A stretch of DNA of 64,000 nucleotides from an uncultured Verrucomicrobiae bacterium (GTDB lineage Bacteria; Verrucomicrobiota; Verrucomicrobiia; Chthoniobacterales; UBA10450). The position numbers and the translations under genes are program-made. Positions 40,286 to 49,573 of this stretch are shown here, in pieces. The stretch spans positions 384,001 to 448,000 of the forward strand of contig CAVYXA010000003.1 of assembly GCA_963772365.1 (NCBI GenBank), in the 5' to 3' direction. The first letter of the stretch is position 1; each line of letters begins with the position of its first letter. The notes beneath the pieces were generated by a model that was given only the letters and a program-made list of their open reading frames with translations, was not told where the DNA came from and did not search any database.

Positions 40286-41208
40286 AGAATTTTTCATATC
40301 GACTTTTTTGGACCGGTGCTGTCCTGTTTTTTTCTGCGACGTCGTCGATGTTCGCGCAGAAAGAAGTAATCACTTCTTCCGCAGCGGAGGATTCGAGTTC
40401 TTTCGGGCCGTTAAGCGGCGAGTACCTTCTGGAAGAAACCTATGTAGGCGAAGCGGATGTCCGGCGCGGCCATCGGGTCGTCAACGATTTCGACGAGAGT
40501 AATTCGATCTTGCGTTTCATCTTCACGCCTCGAACCAGCCTCGGCGTTTTGCGTCTCGGCATGGAATGGGAGCGGTTCTCTTTCGGTTTCCCTTCCTTCA
40601 CGCAACTCCCAAATACGTTGCAATCCTTCAATCTCGTCCTCGGTGCGGACACGCAGTTTTCGGACTCCATTCTCATCCGCTTCGAGGCCGCGCCTGGATT
40701 TTATGGCACGAATCACGTAACGGGAGACACTTTCGACGTGCCGTTCCTTGTTGGCGGAACCTACATCTATAATCCGAATGTTCAGTTTGTTGTGGGGGTG
40801 AGCGTGGATGCGGAACGCAAGTATCCGGTCCTTCCGGGCGCCGGATTGCGGTGGAGATTGCATCGACAATGGGTGCTCAACGCGGTGCTCCCGACACCGC
40901 GGCTAGAATATGATCCAACCAACACCCTGGAACTCTATTTTGGCGCGAACATTAAGGAGACAAGCTTTCGCGTGGATGATTTTTTCGGGCAGAGTCATCG
41001 GATCCCCAAACTGAACAACGCGGTGTTGACCTATAGCGAAATCAGAGCTGGAGTGGGATTCGATTGGAAGATTTGCTCGATTGCTACATTCAGTGCCGAG
41101 GCTGGCTATCAGCCCTATCGAGTGTTTGATTTCTATCGGGCCGATGTTCGCTATCACGAAAATGGCAGCGCACCGTACGGAATGATCTCGCTGCACGGCG
41201 CATTCTAG
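40282..41208 (+). CDS. Outer-membrane beta-barrel protein
   Basis: Signal peptide, PVLPGAGLRW...LPTPRL, C-terminal Phe. Confidence 0.7.
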   Translation: MKNFSYRLFWTGAVLFFSATSSMFAQKEVITSSAAEDSSSFGPLSGEYLLEETYVGEADVRRGHRVVNDFDESNSILRFIFTPRTSLGVLRLGMEWERFSFGFPSFTQLPNTLQSFNLVLGADTQFSDSILIRFEAAPGFYGTNHVTGDTFDVPFLVGGTYIYNPNVQFVVGVSVDAERKYPVLPGAGLRWRLHRQWVLNAVLPTPRLEYDPTNTLELYFGANIKETSFRVDDFFGQSHRIPKLNNAVLTYSEIRAGVGFDWKICSIATFSAEAGYQPYRVFDFYRADVRYHENGSAPYGMISLHGAF

Positions 41209-41224
41209 CTCGGCGGTTTCGATC

Positions 41225-42010
41225 TCAATACAAGTCGCGACGGCGATGATCGAACACGCGAATGCGCGAGCGGACATCATCAACTACTTCCTTTGAAATA
41301 TCTGCATAGATGATCTCTTCGCGGTCGACGGAGGCGCCGGCGACAATCGCACCGTGAGGATCGACAATCACCGACGAACCGCAAAGCGTTACGCCGTCAT
41401 CCGTGCCGACGCGATTGGCCACAATGAGATAACATTGGTTTTCAATCGCGCGCGACAGGGCGAAAATGCGCAAATGTTCGATTCGCACCCACGGCCAGGC
41501 CGACGAAATGATGAATAGATTTGTTTTCTGTTCGACCGCCAGTTTGCGCCAGATTTCGGGAAATCGGAGGTCGTAACAAATCGCGAGTCCGGCAATGAAG
41601 TTGTCGATGTTACAACTCGCGAACTCGTTGCCTGCGGTGAACACCGGGCGTTCGTCGAGGGGCGCGGCGGTGACGAGGTGAGTTTTGCGATATTTCGCGA
41701 GCACTTTGCCTTCAACGTCGACAATGACCTGAGCGTTGTAAATGCGCTCGCCTTCGCGCTCCGAGACGCCGCATACGATCGCGAGCGATATTTCCTTTGC
41801 GATCTCTTGCAGAACCGGCACAGCGCCTTCCTTCCATGTCGCCGCATGTTTTTCGATCGCCGGCATCGAATAGCCGGTATCCGTCATTTCCGGAAAGACG
41901 ATTAACTCAGCGCCGGCTTGCTTGGCGCGTGCTGCGAATTCGCGCACCTTCGCCAGATTTGCGGCGCGATTGCCCGATTCACAGGAAATTTGGGCAGCGG
42001 CGACTCTCAT
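41225..42010 (-). CDS. Carbon-nitrogen hydrolase (nitrilase family)
   Basis: FPE, YRKTHL, ICYDLRFPE catalytic triad; RAIENQ. Confidence 0.93.
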   Translation of the reverse strand: MRVAAAQISCESGNRAANLAKVREFAARAKQAGAELIVFPEMTDTGYSMPAIEKHAATWKEGAVPVLQEIAKEISLAIVCGVSEREGERIYNAQVIVDVEGKVLAKYRKTHLVTAAPLDERPVFTAGNEFASCNIDNFIAGLAICYDLRFPEIWRKLAVEQKTNLFIISSAWPWVRIEHLRIFALSRAIENQCYLIVANRVGTDDGVTLCGSSVIVDPHGAIVAGASVDREEIIYADISKEVVDDVRSRIRVFDHRRRDLY

Positions 42011-42026
42011 GATTACGAAGTCGATA

Positions 42027-43436
42027 TTAGCGCAAAGTTCTATCGAGCGCGCCGATCTTGCGAATTTCCGGCCATTTCAAAGCCGCGCTAAGGACGACTA
42101 CAATCGTGCCGATGCCTCCCGCCACGACCGAAATGATCGGGCCGAATAAGGCCGCCGTTAATCCCGATTCGAGCGCGCCGAGCTCATTCGATGTGCCGAT
42201 GAAGATATTGTTCACGGATGAGACCCGGCCGCGCATTTCATCAGGAGTAACCAATTGAACGATCGAGCCTCGAATGATCACGCTGACACTATCGAGCGCG
42301 CCGGCTAGAAACAGCACTAACAAGGAGAGCCAGAGTGCCTTCGAGAGACCAAAGACAATTGTTGCGATCCCAAACCCGCTTACGCACCAGAGTAAACTCT
42401 TTCCCGCGCTGCGCATTGGCGGCAAATGCGCAACCGTAAGCGCCATTGCGAAGGCACCGATCGCCGGAGCAGCTCGCATCCAGCCGAGACCGATCGGACC
42501 GCAATGCAAGATTTGATCGGCAAAAATCGGCAACAATGCCGTTGCGCCACCGAGAAGCACCGCGAACAAATCGAGAGTGATCGTCGCCAGAATCACTTTT
42601 CTGCTGAAGACGAATTCGATTCCTGCAACCAGACCGCGCCATGTGCCATCCAGGACGCGACGTCCCATCCGCGGAGCGCGCGGGATGGGCAAAACAAAAA
42701 GAAAAAATAAAAAAGCCGTAATGGCGTCGATTGTGTAAACGATTGGAAACCCGATCTGGGCAACGAGAAATCCGCTCAAGGCCGGGCCAGCAACCGATCC
42801 AATTTGAAAAACGCTGTTGTTCCAGGTGACAGCATTGGAAAACCCGTCGCGCGGGACGAGCGTGGGAAAAAATGAGCTGCGAGCGGCCCAGCCGAAGGTG
42901 CGAGCGACAGCGCCCAGGAAGAGCAAAAGATAAATGAGGGGGATCGATGGATCGTCGAAATGAAAGGTGGCTTGATGCCGCTCGAAAACCGTGGCGATAG
43001 CGTTGAGTCCGTGGTTGCTCGAGCGCAAGATCGACGAGTACGGGATCGCGAGATGTTGCCATGAAACCAGCGCCAGCAATGCGGATGTGATCGCGCTGAA
43101 AATTTGCGAGACCAGAATAATGCGTTTGCGACTGATGCGATCGGCCAGATAACCGGCCGGTAATGATAAACCGACAATCGGAATTGCGAACACTAATCCG
43201 ACAAGACCGAGAGCGGTGGCGGAATGGGTTCGCCGATAGATTTCCCATTCAACCGCGACTGCGAGCATTTGCCGGCCGAGGATCGACAACAGATTGCCCG
43301 CGGTGAAAAAGCTAAACCCGCGCGACCGAAAGGCGGCGTAAGGATCATGCCCGGGAATGACCGCGCCAGTGATTTGGGGACGCTGGCCGATCGGGGTGTC
43401 GCATGGATCGCGTGGCGGATCGGTGTTATCTGGCAT
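42027..43436 (-). CDS. MFS transporter (EntS/H+ antiporter-like)
   Basis: GYLADR, LDLFAVLLGGATALLP and PDEMRGRV motifs. Confidence 0.9.
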   Translation of the reverse strand: MPDNTDPPRDPCDTPIGQRPQITGAVIPGHDPYAAFRSRGFSFFTAGNLLSILGRQMLAVAVEWEIYRRTHSATALGLVGLVFAIPIVGLSLPAGYLADRISRKRIILVSQIFSAITSALLALVSWQHLAIPYSSILRSSNHGLNAIATVFERHQATFHFDDPSIPLIYLLLFLGAVARTFGWAARSSFFPTLVPRDGFSNAVTWNNSVFQIGSVAGPALSGFLVAQIGFPIVYTIDAITAFLFFLFVLPIPRAPRMGRRVLDGTWRGLVAGIEFVFSRKVILATITLDLFAVLLGGATALLPIFADQILHCGPIGLGWMRAAPAIGAFAMALTVAHLPPMRSAGKSLLWCVSGFGIATIVFGLSKALWLSLLVLFLAGALDSVSVIIRGSIVQLVTPDEMRGRVSSVNNIFIGTSNELGALESGLTAALFGPIISVVAGGIGTIVVVLSAALKWPEIRKIGALDRTLR

Positions 43437-43527
43437 TTGAGTAAGGCGAAGTTGGACGGAAGTCTTTTCGCAAGAAATGCTTTCTCATGCAACAAGGAGC
43501 GTGATCCGCTGTCTAAGATCGACACTC

Positions 43528-44154
43528 ATGACAAGAACTCTCCTTTCTGCATTGCTCGCTTTAATTGCCGCCACATTTGCTGTCGATCCTAGTCGCGGAG
43601 AAGATTCGCCTGCTCCTGCCACCAAGACGGCTGTTTTCGCTGGCGGTTGTTTCTGGTGTATTCAGCCAGCGTTCGACAAGGCCGGGGGCGTGATAAAGAC
43701 CGTTGTCGGGTACTGCGGCGGGACCGAGCCGAATCCGACGTATGAGCTGGTCACTTCGGAAAAAACGAATTATCGCGAGTCGATCCAGATCACTTACGAT
43801 CCAGAGAAAATTTCCTTCGAGCAATTGCTCGATATTTATTGGCGCCAGATCGATCCAACCCAGGCCGACGGTCAGTTTACCGATGTCGGGCCGAGTTACC
43901 GGGCTGCCATCTTTTACAGGAATGAAAGCGAGAAAAAAATTGCCGAGGCTTCAAAAGAGAAGCTGGCGCGATCGGGCAAATTTAAGAAACCGATCGTTAC
44001 CGAGGTCCTTCCGGCCATGAAATTTTATCCGGCTGAGGAATACCATCAGAAGTACTATCGGCAGAATGCGGAGAGCTTCGAGGCTTTCGAGATCGGATCG
44101 GGCCGTACGAACTTTCAGAAAAAGACGTGGGGAAACGAAAATCAAGAACCGTGA
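43528..44154 (+). CDS. msrA: Peptide-methionine (S)-S-oxide reductase with signal peptide
   Basis: FAGGCFWC and FYPAEEYHQKYY motifs. Confidence 0.93.
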   Translation: MTRTLLSALLALIAATFAVDPSRGEDSPAPATKTAVFAGGCFWCIQPAFDKAGGVIKTVVGYCGGTEPNPTYELVTSEKTNYRESIQITYDPEKISFEQLLDIYWRQIDPTQADGQFTDVGPSYRAAIFYRNESEKKIAEASKEKLARSGKFKKPIVTEVLPAMKFYPAEEYHQKYYRQNAESFEAFEIGSGRTNFQKKTWGNENQEP

Positions 44155-44187
44155 ATGGCTAACCAGTTAACGGTTAGGATTGGCCGC

Positions 44188-44637
44188 TCAATATTTGAAC
44201 AACTTGTCCTGATCCGAATCGACGAACTCGGCGCGTTCTACCGAAAGCGGCTCGTTCATCACCTTTGAGAGTTCCTGGGATAAGACGATCGCGATGGAGC
44301 GAGCATCGCGAGTATAAACGGGAATTGGGAACGAGCCCGCGTTGCGATCGTATCCATAAATCGTGCCGTCGGTCTCCCAGACGCAATAAGCATGCCCGGC
44401 CGAATGATCGTGAAAACGCACGAGGAGAATTTTTGCCCAAAAATTTTGCTCGAGGGAATGCTGGGTTTTTACCACAGCGAGGTAATTGCAGGCCGAGATG
44501 ACGCATCCATTGAGCACAACCAAATCGTCTGCGCCCGGCGTGAGCACGACCGGCGGCTGAGGTCGAGCGCTCAGGGTGAGACAAGCCAGGAGAAGAGCGC
44601 AATGATAAAGGACCTTGGTCAGCAACTGGTGGTTCAT
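44188..44637 (-). CDS. Secreted hypothetical protein (possible Cys-His papain/transglutaminase-like fold)
   Basis: Hydrophobic N-terminus; NGC, GHAYCVW and YD pattern. Confidence 0.45.
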   Translation of the reverse strand: MNHQLLTKVLYHCALLLACLTLSARPQPPVVLTPGADDLVVLNGCVISACNYLAVVKTQHSLEQNFWAKILLVRFHDHSAGHAYCVWETDGTIYGYDRNAGSFPIPVYTRDARSIAIVLSQELSKVMNEPLSVERAEFVDSDQDKLFKY

Positions 44638-44779
44638 CGATTTATGAGATTTATACAGGTTATAACACTGATAGCCTCCCGCTGGGAAGTGTTTTTCTCA
44701 TTTATTTCTGCACCCTGCTGCCGATACGAATTTGCCACGCTGACAAGCACACTGTAAATTGTCGATCCTAAAAATAGAT

Positions 44780-45137
44780 GGGGGCGCACTGGCTTCGACT
44801 CGTGGTTGGAAGCGCAGGCGGCATGTCGAGGATGGTTCGTTGGCCTCGTTAAAAACCGGACCAAACAAAATAAACGCAGACAACGAAGGTCTCGCTCTCG
44901 CGGCTTAATTGACCGTGACGTTTTCGCAGTGACGCCTGCTAACGGCGAAAACGTGGACAGCAGGCTGGCGAATCAGCGGAGCGACCGCGCTGGTTCGTAA
45001 GATCGACAATCGTGGATGCTCGGGAGGCGGCAGTGCGCCGGTGCAACGTTCGGCTCCTTAAAACTGAACGCCGGATAAACATGTAGATGTTTGCGTCGAT
45101 AGCGACGAGGACAGGGGTTCAACTCCCCTCGCCTCCA
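44780..45137 (+). ncRNA. ssrA: tmRNA
   Basis: GGGGGCG...TTCGAC 5' end; GGTTCAACTCCCCTCGCCTCCA 3' end; tag frame 44876-44908 = ADNEGLALAA*. Confidence 0.95.
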
Positions 45138-45214
45138 CTTTTGCTCGCAGCGCAAAAGTGCGGCGCCGTCGCCCTGGCGAAGGCGAACCCGCCACCGTTA
45201 GATTCTGAATTCAG

Positions 45215-45721
45215 CTATTTCTTCTTTCGCGGTTTCGCGGATGCATCCAGAGGCACCCCGCCAGTTCGGCCAATTAATTTTCCTGATGCATCAAAAATGG
45301 AATAGCCAGTTTGCCTGCCGTTTTGATCGTAGCTGTAGACGATTTTGTGCAGCACGGCGTCGCTTTTATCCGTCTGGATTTCTTCCTCGATTCTCCCGGC
45401 GTTGTCGTATTTGTAGCGACTCTTGAATCGGAGCTTTCCATCCGCGCCAAATATCTGGCCGCTGGCGAAACGCCCGGCATCGTCCAGTTGATACTGAATT
45501 TTCTCACGCAGTTTGCCATTCTGCTCTGTCGTCGCGGCGAGGCATGTGTGTTGTGCATCATTGAATTTGTAAACGGTGCGCGAGTCGTCGGCATTCATTT
45601 TGACTATGACCCGAACTGCCTCGCTTTCTGACGACGCCGGCTGGGATCGGACGAATCCAATGATCCCAAAAAGAAGGGTTAGTGTGAGGCCGACTGTCGA
45701 TCTTCGGGTGAGATGTTTCAT
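45215..45721 (-). CDS. Secreted hypothetical protein with YD-like repeats
   Basis: Signal peptide; YKYDNAGR, YSYDQNGR and FDASGK repeats. Confidence 0.6.
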   Translation of the reverse strand: MKHLTRRSTVGLTLTLLFGIIGFVRSQPASSESEAVRVIVKMNADDSRTVYKFNDAQHTCLAATTEQNGKLREKIQYQLDDAGRFASGQIFGADGKLRFKSRYKYDNAGRIEEEIQTDKSDAVLHKIVYSYDQNGRQTGYSIFDASGKLIGRTGGVPLDASAKPRKKK

Positions 45722-45866
45722 GAATGCCGATGCCATGAGAATAAGCATAAGGTGCGGATGAGATCACGAAGAGAGTGAGAGCCTCGCACAGCAGCAGCCG
45801 ATCCTTGGGTGGGGACGTGGCGAGGATTCAAAATCGGGATGCGAAGAATTTCCAGAGAAATTGTTG

Positions 45867-45920
45867 TTGACAGAGACGCAGGAAGGGTGGTTAAAGGTGG
45901 GGAAAAGTGGGGAAATATGG
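45867..45920 (+). promoter_or_regulatory. dcw promoter with MraZ-binding repeats
   Basis: TTGACA at 45867-45872; GTGG at 45887, 45897 and 45907 (ATGG at 45917), 10-bp period, upstream of mraZ. Confidence 0.8.
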
Positions 45921-45939
45921 AGGAATTCACCACGCGACC

Positions 45940-46407
45940 ATGGACAACGCGGCACCGACTTCGCAGCACCACCAGCCTCTCTACGCGGGACAATTCCGTC
46001 ATTTCATCGATGAGAAGAACCGCATCACGATTCCAGCGCGCTGGCGTCGCCGTGGCTCCGAAGAACTCATCATTCTTCCGGAAGCGACTCATCAATTTCT
46101 TCTGGTCATGTCGCCTGAGGAATTTTCCCGCATGAGCGCGGCCGCCGAAAACGAGACCAATATTTCGGCGCGTGATCGTAGAATTTTTCTCCGGCACCTG
46201 CATTCTCGCGCTCAGCACGGCAGTATCGATCGACAAGGGCGGCTCGTTCTTCCCGAAGAGCTCTGCAAAACAATCGGCCTCAAAGGCGAGGTCGCGCTTG
46301 TGGGTGGGCGCGGGCGTTTTGAAATTTGGAATCTGCAGCGCTGGAAAAAAGCGCATGAAGAGGAAACGGCAACTTACCAGCACGTGGCAGGCGTGATCGG
46401 TTTGTAA
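45940..46407 (+). CDS. mraZ: Transcriptional regulator MraZ
   Basis: IDEKNRITIP, IDRQGRLVLP and FEIW motifs; first gene of the dcw cluster. Confidence 0.93.
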   Translation: MDNAAPTSQHHQPLYAGQFRHFIDEKNRITIPARWRRRGSEELIILPEATHQFLLVMSPEEFSRMSAAAENETNISARDRRIFLRHLHSRAQHGSIDRQGRLVLPEELCKTIGLKGEVALVGGRGRFEIWNLQRWKKAHEEETATYQHVAGVIGL

Positions 46408-46412
46408 GGAGA

Positions 46413-47420
46413 ATGAACATGAAAGCGTTGTTGTTTGAACGGCCTGTCTGGTTCGCAACTGGTCCGCTGATTCTGAAAGAGGAGGCGCAGGAAATGGAGG
46501 ATTTTACTTATCACCAGCCAGTGCTCGTCAATGAAGTTGTCGATCTACTTGCGCCACGGCCCGGCTCGCTCGTTGTCGATGGAACCTGTGGCGGCGGCGG
46601 GCACAGCGAAGCGATTCTGCGTGCCGGTGCCGATGTGCTCGCGCTCGACCAGGATCCGGATGCCATCGAACACGCCACCGAAAACCTTGCTCCGTTCGGC
46701 GGGCGGGTCACGGTGCGGCAGGCAAATTTTCGGCACGCAGATAAAATTCTGGACCAGCTCGGAATTTCTCAGGTCGGCGGGGCACTTCTCGATCTGGGCG
46801 TTTCGTCACGACAACTCGAAAATGCCGAGCGCGGTTTCAGTATCATGCGGAATGGGCCGTTGGACATGCGGATGGATCCAAATGCGACGCTGAGTGCTGC
46901 CGACATCGTTAACAATTACACCGAAGAAGATCTGACCCGGTTGTTTCGCGACTTGGGAGAAGAGCCGGCCGCACGCCGAATTGCTGCATTGATCGTGAAG
47001 ATGCGCAAGGACGCGCCGCTTCGTGAAACGCTGCCGCTGGCGCGTGCCATTGAAAAAGTGGTTGGGCGTCATGGCCGTCGTCATCCTGCCACTCAGGTTT
47101 TTCAAGCACTTCGAATGGAAGCGAACGATGAACTCGGCGCTCTGGAAGAAGGTTTGCGCGTTTTGACTGCGCGGCTCGAAACAGGTGCGCGGATAGCAGT
47201 GATTTCCTTTCACTCTCTGGAAGATCGAATCGTAAAGAATTTCTTTCGTGACCGCAGCCGAGAATGGTTGGATCGGCCGGAATGGCCGGAGCCGCGACCA
47301 AATCCGAAATGCGATCTCCATCTGATCACGTCGAAACCGGTGGAGCCGAGTATGGAGGAGCAACGCGCCAATCCGCGTTCGCGCAGTGCGAAATTGCGGG
47401 TGGCGGAAAAAATCGCATGA
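46413..47420 (+). CDS. rsmH: 16S rRNA m4C1402 methyltransferase
   Basis: HQPVL, DGTCGGGGHS, DLGVSS, FHSLEDR and NPRSRSAKLR motifs. Confidence 0.95.
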   Translation: MNMKALLFERPVWFATGPLILKEEAQEMEDFTYHQPVLVNEVVDLLAPRPGSLVVDGTCGGGGHSEAILRAGADVLALDQDPDAIEHATENLAPFGGRVTVRQANFRHADKILDQLGISQVGGALLDLGVSSRQLENAERGFSIMRNGPLDMRMDPNATLSAADIVNNYTEEDLTRLFRDLGEEPAARRIAALIVKMRKDAPLRETLPLARAIEKVVGRHGRRHPATQVFQALRMEANDELGALEEGLRVLTARLETGARIAVISFHSLEDRIVKNFFRDRSREWLDRPEWPEPRPNPKCDLHLITSKPVEPSMEEQRANPRSRSAKLRVAEKIA

Positions 47421-47785
47421 GCCGATCCCGTCGAAAGAATCGCAACATGATCAACGCGCCATCGCTGGCCCGTTGGATTGTGGTAACGGCGTTTCTTGCC
47501 TTGATCGGGCTGAGCTACGTGTATTTGAAACTTCAGCTTTATCATCTGGGCGATCGCACCAAAGCCCTGGAAAAGCAGCTGGCTGGTTTGCGGACGCAAA
47601 ATGAAGTCGCCAGTTCGCAGATTGCGGCGTTGACCTCACGATCGGCATTGCAACGGCAGTTGAAGGACGGCTACCTGAAAATGATTCCGATTTCCGAGCG
47701 TAACATTGTGCGGCTGAGCATTCCTGCACGGCAGAATGATGAAGACGCGATTCAACCGGTAGTGAATCGAAGCGCTGGACGATGA
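47417..47785 (+). CDS. ftsL: FtsL-like division protein
   Basis: Single TM plus coiled coil, located between rsmH and the PBP gene. Confidence 0.65.
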   Translation: MSRSRRKNRNMINAPSLARWIVVTAFLALIGLSYVYLKLQLYHLGDRTKALEKQLAGLRTQNEVASSQIAALTSRSALQRQLKDGYLKMIPISERNIVRLSIPARQNDEDAIQPVVNRSAGR

Positions 47786-49545
47786 AGTGGAATAGCCGAA
47801 TTCGCTGCGCCCTGATTTGTATCGGTTTCACTGCCATCTTCAGCCTCTTCTCGATTCGACTGGTTTATGTTCAGATGATCCAGCACGACGAGTACGCCGC
47901 GCTCGCCGCTGAGAAGCACGTTCACAAGCAAATCATCTACGCAGAACGGGGGGCGATCTTCGACGTCAATGGTGAAGTGCTGGCCAATAATGTGCCCGTC
48001 CACACCGTAGTTGCCGACGCCACGCGGCTGAACAATGTGGAAGCGACTGTCGATCTTCTCAGCCGAGAACTGAAAATTCCCGTCACCGAGTTGGCAGAAA
48101 AATTACATAGCAACCGGCGATACATTGTGGTTCAGCGACAGGTCTCCGATGTAGCGGCAAAATCGCTGCGCGAGAAATTACGCGACCAGCGACTGCTTGG
48201 AATTTATTTCGAGCACGATACCAGCCGGATCTATCCGAACGGCTCGATGCTCTGTCACGTGATCGGATTCATGGATTTCGACCATCGCGGAATTCAGGGC
48301 GTAGAACGATCGATGGAGGAATACCTCCATGGTCAGGACGGTTACCGTTACACCGAACGAAATCGCGCCGGGCAGGAAATCGTGCTTTATCGCGGCCAGG
48401 AACGCGCACCGCGCAACGGTTACGATGTCCATCTCACTGTCGATCTGAATTTACAGAACATCGTCGAGAACGAGATCGATGCCGCCATGCGAGAATATTC
48501 GCCCAAGAAGGCAACAATCATTCTCATGCGCCCGGACACGGGAGAAATCCTGGCGATGGCAAACCGGCCAAACTTCGATCTGAACCTGCGTGCGGAAGCG
48601 AAGCCGGAGCAAAAGAAAAACCGGGCCATCATCGATATGATGGAGCCCGGATCCACGTTTAAGATCGTCGCCGCCGCTGCGGCGTTAAACGAGCGTAAAG
48701 TCCGGCCCGACTCAACCATTTTTTGCGAGAACGGTCTCTGGAATTTTGGCGGCACACCGCTCCACGATCACCGAGCTTTCGGGGAATTGAGCGTCAGAGA
48801 CATTTTGGTGAAATCGAGCAACATCGGCGCGGCTAAGCTCGCTCTCAGTGTCGGCGAAGAAAAGTTTTATGAATACATTCGCCGGTTTGGATTCGGAGAA
48901 CGCACTGGGATCGAACTGCCAGGGGAAATCAGCGGCCTGATTCGTGCGCCGCAATCGTGGAGCAGGATTTCGATCACACGCATTCCGATGGGTCACGAGA
49001 TCGGGGTAACCCCGCTCCAAATGACAGTAGCGATGGCCGCCATTGCCAACGGAGGCAAATTGGTCACGCCGCGGATCGTTAAATCGATCACAAATGATCG
49101 CGGCGAAATTATCAGCTCCCTTTCCCCGGTTCCTTTGCGACGAGTAATTTCTCCCCAGACAGCCAGAGAAATCGGCGATGCGCTGCGCGGTGTCGTGAGT
49201 GATCGCGGCACCGCCGCCGCCGCCGCTATCCCGGGCTTTACCATAGCGGGTAAGACCGGAACCGCCCAGAAACTCGATCCAAAAGGCGGCTACGAGCATG
49301 GAAAATATGTGGTTTCATTTTTGGGATATTTGCCTGCCGATCGCCCCGAATTTGTTGGGCTGGTGGTGCTGGACGACGCTCACACCACGAAACCGGAGTT
49401 GAATTATGGCGGACTTGTGGCCGGTCCAATCTTCGCCCGGATCGCCGACAAGGCGGCCCGCTATCTCGATCTTCAGCCGCATCTGGAAATTCGTCGGGCG
49501 ATCCCCGTGGAACGAGTCGCCTTAACCAATGCCTCACACCGTTGA
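47782..49545 (+). CDS. ftsI: Class B penicillin-binding protein (FtsI/PBP3)
   Basis: RGAIFD, EPGSTFK, KSSN and KTGT motifs; dcw position. Confidence 0.9.
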   Translation: MKWNSRIRCALICIGFTAIFSLFSIRLVYVQMIQHDEYAALAAEKHVHKQIIYAERGAIFDVNGEVLANNVPVHTVVADATRLNNVEATVDLLSRELKIPVTELAEKLHSNRRYIVVQRQVSDVAAKSLREKLRDQRLLGIYFEHDTSRIYPNGSMLCHVIGFMDFDHRGIQGVERSMEEYLHGQDGYRYTERNRAGQEIVLYRGQERAPRNGYDVHLTVDLNLQNIVENEIDAAMREYSPKKATIILMRPDTGEILAMANRPNFDLNLRAEAKPEQKKNRAIIDMMEPGSTFKIVAAAAALNERKVRPDSTIFCENGLWNFGGTPLHDHRAFGELSVRDILVKSSNIGAAKLALSVGEEKFYEYIRRFGFGERTGIELPGEISGLIRAPQSWSRISITRIPMGHEIGVTPLQMTVAMAAIANGGKLVTPRIVKSITNDRGEIISSLSPVPLRRVISPQTAREIGDALRGVVSDRGTAAAAAIPGFTIAGKTGTAQKLDPKGGYEHGKYVVSFLGYLPADRPEFVGLVVLDDAHTTKPELNYGGLVAGPIFARIADKAARYLDLQPHLEIRRAIPVERVALTNASHR

Positions 49546-49573
49546 ACTCATTGCGACCGATTGTTGAATTCTC

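Noticed and set aside
45215..45721. YD-like protein as part of the Rhs system
   Set aside because: It is short and signal-peptide-bearing, has no Rhs core or DPxGL motif, and lies 23 kb from the island.
44780..45760. tmRNA (or the tRNA genes) as an integration site for an island
   Set aside because: No integrase and no duplicated 3' end seen; the flanking genes look native.
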